Below, piece by piece: positions 46,161-59,732 of a stretch of DNA of 64,000 bases. Source of the stretch: Eukaryota sp. TZLM1-RC (Eukaryota > Protista > Metamonada: BaSk clade). Below the pieces are notes generated by a model. It saw only the letters and a list, made by a program, of their open reading frames with translations. It was not told the origin of the DNA and did not search any database. The first letter of the stretch is position 1, and each line of letters opens with the position of its first letter. The translations under genes and the position numbers were made by a program. Location: contig JAUPSS010000004.1 of NCBI GenBank assembly GCA_040285825.1, positions 3,080,550 to 3,144,549 on the forward strand. Direction: 5' to 3'.

Positions 46161-47744
46161 TATATATTTCCATTAGGTTTAGTTAAATTGAGATCAATCA
46201 AGTGTATGCTCTGTGTAACACCCACCACGTTGAAACATGTCGAAGGAACATGTTCAACTAATACACCTTTTCATGACAACCATTTGGCTGAAACGGTTGA
46301 AAACCGAACGTTGGCTTTATTGTGAGATTCCACCTTAAAAATACTGAAAAGATGCAAACTGATTCAAAATATGAACAATGTGTGTCGTCGTAACATTAGA
46401 AAGTGCTCTGAGACTTCAATCTAATATTGTAATTGTGAATAGTTTGCAAAATTCAACTGCTTCTAGTCCTCCTCTTTTGCCCAATGGTTTTGCCAATAAT
46501 GTAATTTTTAGTTTCAATGTTGAACATGGTCAGGTGCCCAAAATTGGTGCCTCTAGTCCTGCTAATTCTATGTCAAAATACGACCATTTTGTAAACAAAT
46601 GTTGACGCCATAAGGCTTATGAAAAAATGAAAAAAAAATCATTTTTATCTTAACGTCACGACTTAAGGCAAAAATAATTAGTGCCAATATTTAAGTCAAA
46701 GTTATACCGCAAGTAACTCCAGCATACATCACCCTGTATGATGAACTCCGTGCTCATTTAAATGACAAAGAAGGGGAAGATGACAATTTAGATTTTAGTG
46801 AAGCTTTCAACGGTGCAAACAGAAAAAGGAATTTACGAAGTGATTCAAAAACATTTTTCGGAACTATTAAGATATTTCAAATTGTTTTACGGTGAATCCA
46901 GTGAATTGATACATCATGCATGTTCTTTAAAATCTTCATTGGATGAAAAACAAGGGGATCCTGTGAGCCCATTATTATCTTTAACGAAAATGCAGAATCT
47001 TTGGTAGCAAATATAGAAAAATTTCTTTAAAAATTGTATCTCCCTTAGTGATCCTTTTAATGTTGTCCAAAAGAGTTCAACTGAAATTGCTTCATAATAT
47101 GAAAATATAGAACTTCACTTGAATTCCAGCAAATGCTTATTGATTGGTGAGGAATTCAAAGATTTTGAAATTAATAAACGTAAAATTCCTTCATCAATTA
47201 TTCTCGAGAAGCTTTTCGTATCTTTAGCTGTTGGTTAGGAAATGTTGATGAAACAACTAGAAATCTTAAAGAAACTGCCGAAAAACTTGGTAAAGAGCTT
47301 GATTCAATTTTTGAATTAGAAAAAAGAGAAACAAATCAAAATTGTTATTCAGGAAGAATAATTCACTTTTTAAGGCCGAAAACACCTTCTTTAACTATTG
47401 ATTTATGGCACTCAATTAATCAACTTCGTGCAACATTCTGTGCTTCCTTACTAGAAGTAAATCCTGGTTTAATTCAAGCCCACTTGTTCTTGTAATATGG
47501 AAGTGTTGGCTTTATCAAATCTTCAATTCTTTGTCAAGCTGCTTTTGTTTGTGGTGGAACAAATTTTACTTTTTAATTTCTCAATCGCTTCCCTGAAGAT
47601 AGTCATTTGCTGAATCCATCATCTTCCAATTATTTGTGTGACTTTGATGCTGCTACTAACAAAATTACACCAGAAATTTGGTGTCTATGTTTTCCCGACT
47701 CAGTTCAAGAGATTCCTCCACGAAATTTAGTTAATTTAAGGTAT

Positions 47745-47883
47745 TGATGCCGTTAGGCAGATGAACACACAAAGAAGAGAGAGGAATCTCAGTTTATTAA
47801 TAAAAGTGATTCATAAACGAGTATCACGTCATCAGTCAAAATACAAAGAAACCTACTAATTCAATTTGAGTTCAACAACAACA
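47745..47883 (-). repeat. Putative 139-bp solo LTR inserted in family E
   Basis: TG...CA ends, internal AATAAA, flanked by GTAT/GTAA. Interrupts LVNLRY|..KKLQ. Confidence 0.55.
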
Positions 47884-48168
47884 GTAATATGAAAAGAAGC
47901 TTCAAAAAAAACTAACAGTAATATTTGAAGGCTTGGATTATGAAATACGTTCTGGCATGTCCAATCAAAAAATCCCACTTTTGCAAATTTTGTATTGGAT
48001 GTTTGTGATAGTACAGCGTCTTACTTAATTAATCAAGTACCAAGATTTTATGGTTTGTTTCTAGATGACCCTTGCTTTTCATTATTCATGCGTCTTCGAT
48101 CTTTATTTTGGCCTGATAATCTTCCCCATGGTTTAATTTGTAAATGTGGGAAGACTGTGACTTCCACC

Positions 48169-51100
48169 TTTTGTTTTAATAATTTTAATTTTATTCTAAA
48201 CCTATAAATCAACATCTAAAAAATCCATCTCTCCCAAAACAAAAACACTAGATGCAACTCTCTCATAGTGAGATCCAAGAGAAAGCAAAGCATCGGAAAC
48301 CATCTTCAACATCCCCTTAAAAATAGAAAACACAATTCTATTTTGCCAAAACAATCTGTTGAAATTTCTGCTAGTTCTTCTCTTTACAATCATTTCAAAA
48401 TCATCCAAAAAACGTAAAGCAGTTGGTGCAAGTGAACCAAAAAGGGAAAATACAAATGGATACAAATTGTATTTTGCATGCTGTAGACTGGACAATTTGG
48501 ACAAAGGTTCATTGTATTTTTTGAATTTAAAATTTTCAGCATTTGAAAGGGGATTATGAATTTCAGAATTAACAAGCCTTTCATTTGAGGCATTACAAGG
48601 ATCAACAGACATTACATCCAATAAAATGAAGCTTCCATCTAATCCAGGTAATATGACATCACCTCTATTATTCTTATGAAAATCATTTTCAGCATCAAAC
48701 AGATTTGACAACAAAGGTTCCAAGAAGGATTCAATTCTATGAGATTTACACATACAATATAACTGGTCTGTTACAGCATCATGAACCTTGCTTCTAAAAG
48801 TAATAAAATGTTTACAATTTAACAAATGAGTAGTTGTAATTTCTCGAGAACATTTACAAATTAAATTATGAGGTAAATTATCAGGCCAGATAAAGGACCG
48901 AAATCTCATATTCAGAGTCCAAGCAGAATCGGATAAGAGAGTACCATAAACTTGTGGAATTGTTGTTACTAAGGCAGAAGAAGTACTGTCACACATATCT
49001 TGTAAAAGATTTGCAAAAGCGGGATTCTTTTTCTTGGCCAAGCCAAGTCTAACATCAAAATCCAAGCTTTCAAAAATCTTTGACAATTTTTGTTGAAGCT
49101 TTTTACAGCAAAACTGTAAATTAAATAGAGATCGGTTTGGAATTTCTTGAATTGATTGAGGAAAACATTTGGTCCAAATTTGTGGCGGTAATTTTTCAAG
49201 TTCACAAGATAACTCATACAAATAGGGACTACAATTGGGGACTAACAGATGAGAATCATCAGGAAATCTACGAGAAAATTCATAAATAAAATTTTTGCCA
49301 CCACCCAAGAATGCTGATTGACACAAAATTGAAGATTTAGTAAACCCAATACCACCCAAATTTGCTGGAAGAAAATAAATGGCTTTTCAACATTCCTGGT
49401 TCTACATCCAATAAATCAGCAAAAAATTCTGTTCTCAATGAATTAAAAGAACGACAAAAATCTAATGCTATGGAAGGAGCACAAGATCTCAAAATGTGGG
49501 TTATTCTCCCAGTGTAGCAAATTTTAAGCATGAAAAATTTAATATGCTTTTCTATATCTAAAGAAGAAATTGAATCAAGTTCAATTTTCATTTTTTCCAA
49601 AATAACTTGCAATTCATTCTGAATTTGAGGCACATTTCCTAACCAACAACCAAGGAACTTAAAAGCATCACTACTATAATTAGTAAAAGGGACAATAGAA
49701 TCGTTTATCACGAGGTCTTGAGCAGAAGAGCCAATCAGAAGGCATTTGCTGGCATTAAGATGAAGCCCAATATTTTCATATGAATCGGCAATTTCTTGAG
49801 CAACCAATTCTAGTAAATCAAATGAACCAATCAAGGATATATCATCCATATAAGCAACTATTTTTATAGAAGGGTATTTTTGCTTAATGATATTTAAAGT
49901 TTTGTGAATAGCTAAACAAAACAATAATGGGCCTAAAGGATCTCCCTGCTTCACTCCAGAAGATGATTTAAGACCAAATGAATTAAAAATTAAATCTGAT
50001 TCTTTCCCATAAAAATGGTAGAAAAAAACTCGATAGCTCAGGAAAATCAGATTTAATAACTTCAAAATTGCTTCTCGCTTTACAGAATTAAAAGCATTTT
50101 TAAAGTCGAGATTAAAAATAAAATTATTTTCCTCTGCATTAAAAAAGGTATCAGAGGCAATAGCAGCAACAGAAGCACCATCAATTGTTTTGATTCCAAA
50201 TTGATGAGGATTCAAAAATGTAGAAGCTTTGTCTTTGACACGATCGAAGACAATTGATGCTAGCAAACGAGAAAGAGATTCACCAACAGCAATTGGGCGT
50301 ATTCCATCAGGTTTGATTCCGTTTCCAGGCTTTACTAAAGCAATCAGACGTGCTGCGAGTAATTCAAATGGAGGATTAATTTTCAAAACAATCAATTGTT
50401 GAAAATAGTGGGCTAGATCATCAGCAATTTCGGGAGCACTGGAACACGCTATTTTTAACAGATCAAAAAAAATTCCAGATGGGCCTGCTGCTTTCCCCTT
50501 TGGCAATTTTTGAATAGCTTTAAGAACTTCAATTGCAGTAATAGGATTTTCAATCCAAAAAGGACACACTTCAGGCTTGCTGCACTTGAAATTTTCTTGA
50601 GGATGCAACTTTTGAAGTTTTTCAAGGGTATCAGAGTTTGCATCAGCCAAAGAAGAGGAAAACAAAGACTGCTTTGCGGCACCATAACGACCACGTAAGC
50701 ACAATTTACGGCAAATTTTTGATTTTACAATTTTTCTATTTCCAAATTTTTTCTTAAAACAATTTTTGTTTTTTCTAGCAAAATATTTCCAGAAGGATGA
50801 AATATTCCACTTATTATTTTTCAATTCAGAAGTAAAATTTCTCATTTCCATTGAGAAGGGGATTGTGCTGGCGGGACTTATTTCTACTGGGATCCGGATC
50901 GGGGGTCTTACGGTATCAACGGCTTTACAATTCGTACAAAACAGAAGTTTTCGACCATTTCGTGAATCTGCAACATCTTTTTTTGCAAAATGGACAACAA
51001 AAATTACTGTTTTCAGAAGGGGAAGAAGAGGGAACACTAGAAGCATTTAACTGTTGATCGTCAGAAACATTATTTTCCAGCACCTTTTACAACGGCAACA

Positions 51101-51538
51101 GCTGGAACAGAACATTTGAGAATTTGTTGAGCAGATTTTAATTCAAATTCTCTTTTTTTGTTTCTCAGGGCACGTTCTCGAATTATGACCACTGATACCA
51201 CAAATCGAACATTTTTTAGAACCTTTTAATGGCAGTGGTTTCATTTTTTCAGTTCTTTCAATTTTGTCAATTTTTGAGTTAAAAGTAGAAATAGACTTTT
51301 GACTTTTTGCAGTTTCAGCTGGAGAAAACAAATTTCGAGAAACGGAGTTGTTAATAGAACGCGCAACAGAACGCAAGGAACGTAATGGTGGTTTTTCTGT
51401 GTTTTTTCTGGTACAATGATCAGTTTTTGAATGAAAATTTTTTTGAGATGAATTTCGAGCATAGCTTGTATTGTGGAGAGAGTGGGGAAGTGGAGTGGAT
51501 GAGCTTGATCTGACTGGTAGAATCTTTGCCTGGGCTTG
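48169..51538 (-). mobile_element. Longest CRE-like RLE element, family D (CCHC knuckle, RT, RLE; frameshifted)
   Basis: CSICGISGHNSRTC, PDGIRPIAVGE, LDFKNAFN, GVKQGDPLGP, YMDD, RGD..D..KKY. TSD GTGACTTCCACC at 48157-48168 and 51539-51550. Confidence 0.92.
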
Positions 51539-52429
51539 GTGACTTCCACCCATTTGTTTAATTGTAATCGTTTCATTATCTTTAAATCAAAAGTGAATGA
51601 TGTCATCAGCTTTGTTGTATGTCCTACAAGATTGAATCTGTTTTAGAACCTTGGTTTTCAAATATGGCTATTGAAGCTGACAGAATTTCTTTTGGTGATA
51701 GTTGCGTTGATGTGTTCTTGGTCTTGATGAATTCATGATCATTATTGACATCAGATCGACTGATGTGTCAAACAGCTCAAATAAAAAATTGGCACCATCC
51801 ATTAATTCACCTTTACGTAGAGCTGAAGAAGCCATAATTATGTAAACCATTAATAATTTGAATTCCATTTTACATATTCAATAACTCTCTTGTCCTTTTG
51901 CTTTTTCTTTATTTGGAACCTTGGGTCAATCTGCGTTATCTTTTGAAGACAATTTTTCGTCTATTGTTAAAAATAGAACTGGAAGAATATTTGGCCGAAT
52001 ATTTTGGCAAAACAGAATTGTATTTTCTATTTTTACAGGAATGCAAAGCCTCTTTTCTACCTCGTTGTTATCATTAGGGAATTAACATGAAGTAAATACT
52101 CTAGGTAAATTTTCAATGGTAGATGCGGAGTTTGAGGAATTTGATTCTTAGTGTTTATTAATTTTGTTTGAATAAAAAAAGGTTTTAAAGATACAAATAA
52201 AATTATTATCTTCTAATTAATTTCGGCAGATCACAATAATATGTGACGAATCACTGCAATAGCTACATTTATAAATTCTTTTCTTTTCAATGTTTGTTTA
52301 GATTGAGTAGAAGAAATAGCAGAAGAATTGTTTAATGAAACTGTAAAGGGTTTGGATCTTAAATGGCACAGGACGAGTGCAGCAGCGAAGAAAAAACGAA
52401 GGGGGTTATGAAGAGAAGGAAGCAAAAAG

Positions 52430-52890
52430 AGGGACTGATTGCATTAAAATATGGATCAGCATTATTTGAAATCAAATTGTCACGACTATCAAACAAGTGC
52501 AGATTTTTTGACAAGAATACTTCAGAACTTTTTCCATTATGATATAACTCTGTTCCTGCTCTTTCCTTCATTAAACATATGAACCCTTGGAGAAATTTAA
52601 TACTAGATATTCTAATGTTACCAAAAAGAGAAACAGCAAATGGAACCAGCTGGTTATTTACATGCTCAACACGCCGAAACTGAGATTGAGGCTCTTTGTG
52701 CTTTTGATTTTGCTCTTCTCAGCAAAGCCAAGTGAAGTTTCATCCTTTTAAGCAAGATCAATTGCTGGCTCTTTACAAACATCAACAGTGACAACATCAA
52801 CAAAGTTGATGACACCATCAGACGCAGGAGTAATTAAATCAGCGCGGCGTTTCAGAAAAGTATCATCATTTCTGTTCTTCTTTATTGGAA
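52430..52890 (-). mobile_element. RLE-domain fragment of another non-LTR family (F)
   Basis: RRADLITPASDGVINFVDVVTVD...LVPFAVSLFG...MKERAG. Confidence 0.6.
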
Positions 52891-52894
52891 GTAA

Positions 52895-54150
52895 ATGAAG
52901 TTTTGACTCGAAGTCATGTATTTTGTTCTGCTGATTTGGTTGGAAGTGGTTTCACCAAATCTTCTATTGTGTGTAAAGCAGCATTTTTAGGAAGTGGCAA
53001 AAATTTGTTTTGAATCTTAGAGGTTCCCTTATGATGTACATCTGATCAATAATGAATCGAATTATTCTTGAAATCAACTTCAACATGAATTAGATGACTT
53101 GCCCAGTAATATCTGGATTCAGTGTTTTCCTCGGAATGCTCAAGAAAGTCTCGACCGATCACTCCCAAATTTACGTTTTTGCCTGAAAAAGCTTCAGCAC
53201 CATCTGGTTAAAATGTAACAAAGCTTGGATTATGAAGTAAGACTTGGCTTGGCCATTACTGATAAGTCCGCTTTCGAAAATTATTTAAAGGACATGTGCA
53301 ATAGTTCTGCTGCTGCTTTAGTAACTCAAATTCCTTCTGTTTATGTACTTTTGTTAAAAACAATGAATGGCTTTTAAACATGCGTTTTCGTTGTTTTCTT
53401 TGGCCAAACAATTTGCCCAATCATTTAACATGTAAATGTGGTAAACCTCTTTTGTTTACTCATCTTTTGAACTGTAAACATTTCATTACATTTAGAAGCA
53501 AAGTGCATAATAATGTCAGGGACCAAATTTCTGTAATGTGCAAATCATATCGAGTAGATCCTTTTTTATGGCCGTTGTTATCAAAATTTATTCTTGATGA
53601 CCCTAATATTGATAGTACGCGCTCAACAGAGCTTCCATGGGTCTGACAAGTGGTGATCTAGTTGTTCCCGGTTTAAATGGTAGTTTTACTATTAGACGCC
53701 ATGTCTATTGACCCTTGTAATTCCTCTAACGAACATCTAATTAACTCGGATGTAAATAATCCTCTTCTTGCAGGCGAAAAATATAAAATTGCTGATTATG
53801 CGCGAAACCTCTTTCTTCTGTTAATGAAAATTCCATGCCAGTATAATTTTTGTTCTTTTTTTTGCCTTGCTCTAATCTCTACTAAGCCTACTTTCGCTTT
53901 CCTTGATTATTTCAATGTAGTTGTACAGGAAATGACTGGAAGATTTTTCGATCGTGTTTACTGGCAAAGCAAAATTGTATTTTCTATTTATGAGGGAATA
54001 TTGAAATTTAATTCTAATACACTTTCTTCTTTTGGTAAGTTTTCTGAATCTTTAGTAATTAACTGTTTCGATTTAGGAGAGGCAGGTTTTGAGGGATGTG
54101 GAGCTTTAATTGTGTATTTGATGATTTTTCATTCGCTATTTAATAAATAA
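52895..54150 (+). mobile_element. Degenerate 5'-truncated family B element
   Basis: Collinear with 41420..42670. Confidence 0.85.
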
Positions 54151-54222
54151 GAATCTATGAAAAAGAATAAATAATAGGACAAGCAATTGGATAAATAAAT
54201 AGAGACTCATAATTCTGCCTTT

Positions 54223-55963
54223 ATGAGACTCTACCTCAGCTTACTACTTCTGGTGGCACTTGCCGTGGCAGATTCTTCTCGTCTATGGCCCACACCTAAA
54301 CATAGCTCTTTTGGTGATCGTTATATCCGACTTTCTACCGATTTCACTTTTGTCAGCAATGTAAACATTCCCATCTTGGGCTCAGCCTTTGAGAGATATA
54401 CAAAACATATCCGTTCATTTAGTCTTGATGCTGAATCTTTACAAGGATCTCCTACTTCCACTGTACAGCGCATTAATGTCAATGTACGGGACAGCTCTGC
54501 TGACTTGTCCTATGGCGTCGATGAATCTTATGAAATCATTGTTTCTTTCTCATCTATAGAGATTAATGCTAAAACGGCATATGGTGCCATGTCTGCTCTG
54601 GAAACCTTCTCCCAACTTGTTGAACTTAACCCCCAGCAAGGTAGTCATGTGATCAGAGCAATTCCACTCACCATCTCCGATTCTCCTAGATGGCCTTGGA
54701 GAGGTTTGTGTCTTACCACATCTCTTTTACTTATTCCAGGACTATTAATCGACACTGCTCGCCATTATCTTCCAATCAACACCATTAAAAGGGTAATTGA
54801 TGCTATGACGTACTCTAAGCTCAATGTTCTTCATATGCACTGGGTAGATGCTCAGTCGTTCCCCCTAGTCGTTCCCTCAGTTCCAGAACTCTCCCGGGAA
54901 GGTTCTTTCTGTGAAGACCTGGTGTACACTCCTGATATGGTTCGGGAGATTACCAAATACGCTAATGAAAGGGGAATCCGTGTTGTAGGAGAGATTGATA
55001 TGCCGGGTTTGTGTCTCTAATCTACCATTCTTATCGCAGGTCACGCTTTTTCTTGGGGTTATGGTATTCCAGAAATCATTTCCCAATGCCCTAGTCGCTT
55101 CCATGGCAATGTCAATAGTTTCCCATTGGATCCCTCTAAGAACAAGACTTTTGAAGTAATTGAAAAGATTGCCAGTGATGTAGCTGGTTTGTTTAACGAT
55201 GCTTATATTCATCTCGGGGCGGATGAACCCAACTTTAGATGCTGGACGGAGTACGCCCCTGTAGCTAAGTGGATGAAGGAACAAGGATTTAAGGATGGTG
55301 GAGACGTTTACAGGTACTTTTGGTCACGTGCGTTGCCTATTTTCAAACAGTTTAAAACTATTCTATGGCAAGAAGCTGTTTTGCTCAATGCACAGCCCCC
55401 TAAATCTTCAATTATCCATGTCTGGGAAGGCTTGGCTAACGTGAAGAAGGTTGTTGCTCAAGGGTATGATATTCTTACATCTGCAGGTTTGTCTTTTGTC
55501 TGAAACACTCACCTCAGGGTTTTATCTCGATCGCCAGCAACCAACAGATAAGGAGCGCTATGGTTTTATTGACACGTGGAAGGTTTGCTGTAATATAGTT
55601 TGTTTGTTTACCATAGGATATGTTTGAAGTGGAACCTACTGATGGGCTGACCACTGAGGAAATTAGCAAGTTAAAGGGCGGTGAGGCTGCCATGTGGTTT
55701 GTTTCTTTTATGAATCTTTTTATCTCAGGGGTGAGGCTGTCGATACCTTTTCCATTGAATCAAGAATATGGCCTCGTGCACTTGCAGTTTCTGAACGTCT
55801 CTGGCATCAACTGGATACTTCTTCTCCTATTGATTGGAACGCCGAAGCCGCAAGGTTGGAGAAGCAACGATGTAGAATGGCCGGACGTGGTGTGGAGGCT
55901 GGTCCAATCGTCCCAGGTCCTGTGGGTGTCTGTAAGTTTACCGTGCCTCCTTTTATGAATTAG
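54223..55963 (+). CDS. Beta-N-acetylhexosaminidase (GH20) with signal peptide; introns 54704..54739, 55007..55039, 55487..55517, 55583..55616, 55697..55728
   Basis: LWPTP, WRG|LLIDTARH, HMHWVDAQSFP, EIDMPG|H, HLGADE, GGEAAMW|GE, IWPR. All five GTTTG..AG introns give a continuous GH20 frame. Confidence 0.93.
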
Positions 55964-56335
55964 ATTGTTTATAATAAATTATTGTTCATTTGAGTAAAAT
56001 GCTTTGTACAACTGTGAAGTGTTTCAGAAGGTCGTTGTCTTTAACTAAGAACTTATTAAGAAGACTATTATCTATTACTATTCTTTTCTCAATTGTAATT
56101 CATTTAATTTTATATATACAACAATTTCTCAACAATTGAAGAAACATTGTCCATGAAAGTTATTGAACTCATTCTGAACAAAAGTCTTTAACTTGTATAA
56201 ATGGTAATCACAGCAGTAAATAACAACAGCAACCGAAGTTCAATCGCAGATTCCTTCCAAACGGGAACACCTTGAGTCTGCACCATTTGAGAAAAGGATG
56301 GGAAATCAGATTTAGAAAATAGTTCTAACTCCCCA

Positions 56336-58552
56336 ATGCCCTCACGTCACACCAAGACAGCCAAGGGTCGTCTTGATAAGTACTATCATTTAGCCAAGGA
56401 ACGTGGTTACCGATCTCGTGCTGCTTTCAAGCTCCAACAAATCAATCAACGTTATGACTTCCTTTCTTCTGCCAAAGTTGTACTTGATCTTTGTGCTGCT
56501 CCTGGTGGATGGTCTCAAGTAGCTGTTCAACACTGTCCAGTACCCTCTATCATCATTGCCATTGATCTTGACCCCATTCCTCCTATCAAAGGTGTCATCA
56601 CCCTCCAGGAAGACATCACAACGCAATCTTGCCGTGCTTCCATTAAGAAGCATCTCAAGGAGTGGCAAGTTGACGTTGTCGTCCACGATGGTGCCCCTAA
56701 CGTCGGTGCAAACTGGGCCAAAGATGCTTATAACCAATCTGAACTCACTCTTCATGCCACTCGCCTCGCTACTGATTTCCTTCGTCCCGGTGGTACTTTT
56801 GTCACAAAGGTATTTAGATCTACTGATTATACTGCTCTCTTGTGGGTATTTAACCAACTGTTTGGTCGTGTTGAAGCCCACAAACCACCCTCCTCTAGAT
56901 CCACTTCTGCTGAAGTCTTTGTGGTTTGTCGCAATTTCAAGGCTCCCTCTTCTATTGATCCGCGAATGTTTGATGCTAAGTCTGTATTTGCTGATGTTGA
57001 TGACAAGACAGACGCGTTGGTCTCTCTCTTTGGGAAATCACATGGAAGAAAGCAAAGAGCTAGTAGGCAGGGTTATGAAGATGAAGATGCAGGAAAGCTT
57101 CCTCGTAGTACTAGAACTCCAATTGAGGATTTCATATGGCCTGTCAGTGGAAATGGTTCTGAACAAAGTAAAGCAGCAGCTGAGGCGGTGTTGCGGTCTT
57201 CTTGTTTCACGTTTGATTCTGAGCTTGGTGACGTCATCAGGTCAAAAATCAAGGAAATATATGACCCTGTTCGTCAGGATTTTCTATTTGAAGCGGTGAA
57301 AGATTTAAAATTGCTAAACCAAGCTGATTTAAAAGTGTTGATGAAGTTTCGTAAAACATTTGCTAATAAATTTAAGGATTTAGCTCCTGAAGATAGGAAA
57401 CCTATGGAAATTACCAAGGAAAAAGAGGAAAGTGACACAGACTCATCTGGCACTGAAGCTGAAGAAGAAGAACTTACGTTTTTGGAAAAACAAGCTTTGG
57501 CCAAAGAGAAAAAGGCCAGGAAAAAAATGGAAAAACAGAAATTAAAAGAAGCCGAACGTAGATTTTACAATATGCAAGAGGACATGACTGTGGGTGCTGA
57601 AGCAGAAGATAGTGAGCTCTTCTCCTTGTCAGAAATTCGAAAATTTGACCCTCAATCTGATAGTGAGCTGTCAGTTGTCGATAGCGAAGAAGATGACGAT
57701 TCTGATGGTTTTGAATATCTCAGACATCTGGAAGCTGAAGCTGATCATCACTATGAATCAAAATTAGGCAAAAAGCCAAAAATTCATTCTGAAGAAAAGA
57801 AGAAACTTCGAAGAGAAGCTCGTCAAGGTTTTGAAGAAGTCGAAGCTGGTAGCAAGAGGCGTAGCAATAGAGATGGTGAGGAGGAATTGAAAGGTATGGG
57901 TGTTGATACTGATGGTGATTCTGATGGTGATACAAGTACGGAGGAAGAGGAAGAAGGAATTGATGCAGTCGACTATGATTCTGATGAAGCTGCTGAACAA
58001 TTGGTTTTGGCCAAGAAAATGCTTTTAAAATCAGAGAGAGAAGGGTTGATTGATGATGGCTATAACAGATACGCATTCAATGACACAGATTTGCCTTCTT
58101 GGTTCGTCGCTGAAGAAAGAAAACACATGATTAAACATAAACCAGTCACAAAGGAAGAAATTCAAGCAATGAAGGAACAATTACGTGATGTAGATGCCCG
58201 TCCAATCAAGAAAGTAGCAGAGGCCACTGCACGAAAAAAATTAGCTTTAAATAGAAAATTAGATAAAATTAAATCCAAAGCCAGGCAAATTGCCCAAGAT
58301 TCAAACCTCACAGGAGCTGAAAAACTTAAAGCTATCACTAGATCATATAGAGCAGTGCGTGGTATGGTTGATAAACCAGAACGAGTCTATGTGGTTTCCA
58401 GAGGTTTTATGCAAGGTACCAAGCATGCAGGAAGTGTTGGAAAGAAGTCATCAAGGGTGAGGTTCGTAGATTCGAGAATGAGGGCAGATAAGAGGGCTAG
58501 TGAGTCGAAGAAAGGGTCAAAGGGAAAAACACGGTATAGAAAAAGGAGATAG
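56336..58552 (+). CDS. SPB1: 27S pre-rRNA 2'-O-methyltransferase Spb1/FTSJ3
   Basis: RLDKYYHLAKERGYRSRAAFKL, DLCAAPGGW, HDGAPNVG, C-terminal RPIKKVAEA..RFVDSRM. Confidence 0.97.
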   Translation: MPSRHTKTAKGRLDKYYHLAKERGYRSRAAFKLQQINQRYDFLSSAKVVLDLCAAPGGWSQVAVQHCPVPSIIIAIDLDPIPPIKGVITLQEDITTQSCRASIKKHLKEWQVDVVVHDGAPNVGANWAKDAYNQSELTLHATRLATDFLRPGGTFVTKVFRSTDYTALLWVFNQLFGRVEAHKPPSSRSTSAEVFVVCRNFKAPSSIDPRMFDAKSVFADVDDKTDALVSLFGKSHGRKQRASRQGYEDEDAGKLPRSTRTPIEDFIWPVSGNGSEQSKAAAEAVLRSSCFTFDSELGDVIRSKIKEIYDPVRQDFLFEAVKDLKLLNQADLKVLMKFRKTFANKFKDLAPEDRKPMEITKEKEESDTDSSGTEAEEEELTFLEKQALAKEKKARKKMEKQKLKEAERRFYNMQEDMTVGAEAEDSELFSLSEIRKFDPQSDSELSVVDSEEDDDSDGFEYLRHLEAEADHHYESKLGKKPKIHSEEKKKLRREARQGFEEVEAGSKRRSNRDGEEELKGMGVDTDGDSDGDTSTEEEEEGIDAVDYDSDEAAEQLVLAKKMLLKSEREGLIDDGYNRYAFNDTDLPSWFVAEERKHMIKHKPVTKEEIQAMKEQLRDVDARPIKKVAEATARKKLALNRKLDKIKSKARQIAQDSNLTGAEKLKAITRSYRAVRGMVDKPERVYVVSRGFMQGTKHAGSVGKKSSRVRFVDSRMRADKRASESKKGSKGKTRYRKRR

Positions 58553-59732
58553 GGTTTATCATTAGTCTTTTTAGTGTTTTATTTCTTTTAGGCTTTTCAA
58601 ATATAGTATTTAATTAATTTTTTTTGTTCTTTTTAATTTTGTTTTATCAATATCATCTTTGGTTCAAAGCATGCTGGGTGTTAGATTCCAAACAGTTTTG
58701 AATAGAGTTCTCTTGCTGTAAATAAAATGTAGTGAAGTTGACTTGATTGATTGAAATTCCCACAGTTCATTTGTATAATCAGTTTACAAAAAAAAATAAA
58801 CCAGAAGAAAAGTTTTTTTCTCTAATTTTTTTTTATTCATTTAATAAGGAATATGAAAGCATGAAATACACAACTAAAATTACACATTCTCAAAACCTGC
58901 CTCCCCTACTTCACAACAATTAATTGCCAAAGATTCAGAAAATTTCCCAAGAAAAGAGAGTGAATCAGAAATTAGTTTTACCATTCCCTTAAAAATAGAA
59001 AATACAATCCTGTTTTGCCAGTGAACACGAATGAAAATGATTCCAGTTCTTTCCTTTACAACTACAACAAAATCCTCAAGAAAAGCCATAGCAGCCTTAA
59101 CTAGAGTTCCAAGCAAAGAAAAAACAAAGGGACATAAATTATATTGGGCATGAGAATTTTCATTAACTGAGGAAATAGGTTATCAATTTGTCAATCCTTT
59201 TCAGTGTTTTATCCCATGTTTTTTGCTTCAAATGAATTTATTTTTGATTATAGTGTTTTAAACCGACATGTTCTATTCGATCGGAAAGTAATCAATCAAG
59301 CTCAATCAAATAACGTGATCCGAAGTATTAAATATTTGTTTGAAGGCCTTTTATTTCCATTTATGTATAAACAATTTTGTTTTAAATTAAGTTTTTCCAA
59401 TGTTGAAGTCATTTTCACTGCTTTTGAAGGAACTAAATGGTTTAACGTTGCCTGTAAAAATCAAGTTGCAGGCAAATCATTGGTCAGTGGAGATAAACCT
59501 TTAACTATTAGTAAGTTTAGTGTTCGTGATGGTAAGACAAGCATGAACACAACTGCTTAATTTATTTGGTTTAATTTAATTTTATTTATTTAATTTAAAT
59601 TTATTTTGGTGTTTTTCAACGCTTTTTTGCTATTAATAAATGAATCAAATCGTTTTTTGCCTTTTAACAATGTTATAGATTTGGCTGTGTGTGAATTTGT
59701 TGATTCTTATGTGACAACATTACATTAACGAG

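Larger units (their letters stand above)
46790..52180 (+). mobile_element. Old degenerate CRE-like element, family E (46790..48168 plus 51539..52180), host to family D and a putative solo LTR
   Basis: KQGDPVSPLL; LICKCGKTVTST continues as HLFNCNRFIIFKSKVND after the insertion; IIDIRSTDV; FWQNRIVFSIF. Confidence 0.8.

Noticed and set aside
56390-58076. Overlapping and antisense ORFs within SPB1 (likewise in DPD, NHE and Gypsy)
   Set aside because: Shadow frames of real genes with no recognisable motifs.
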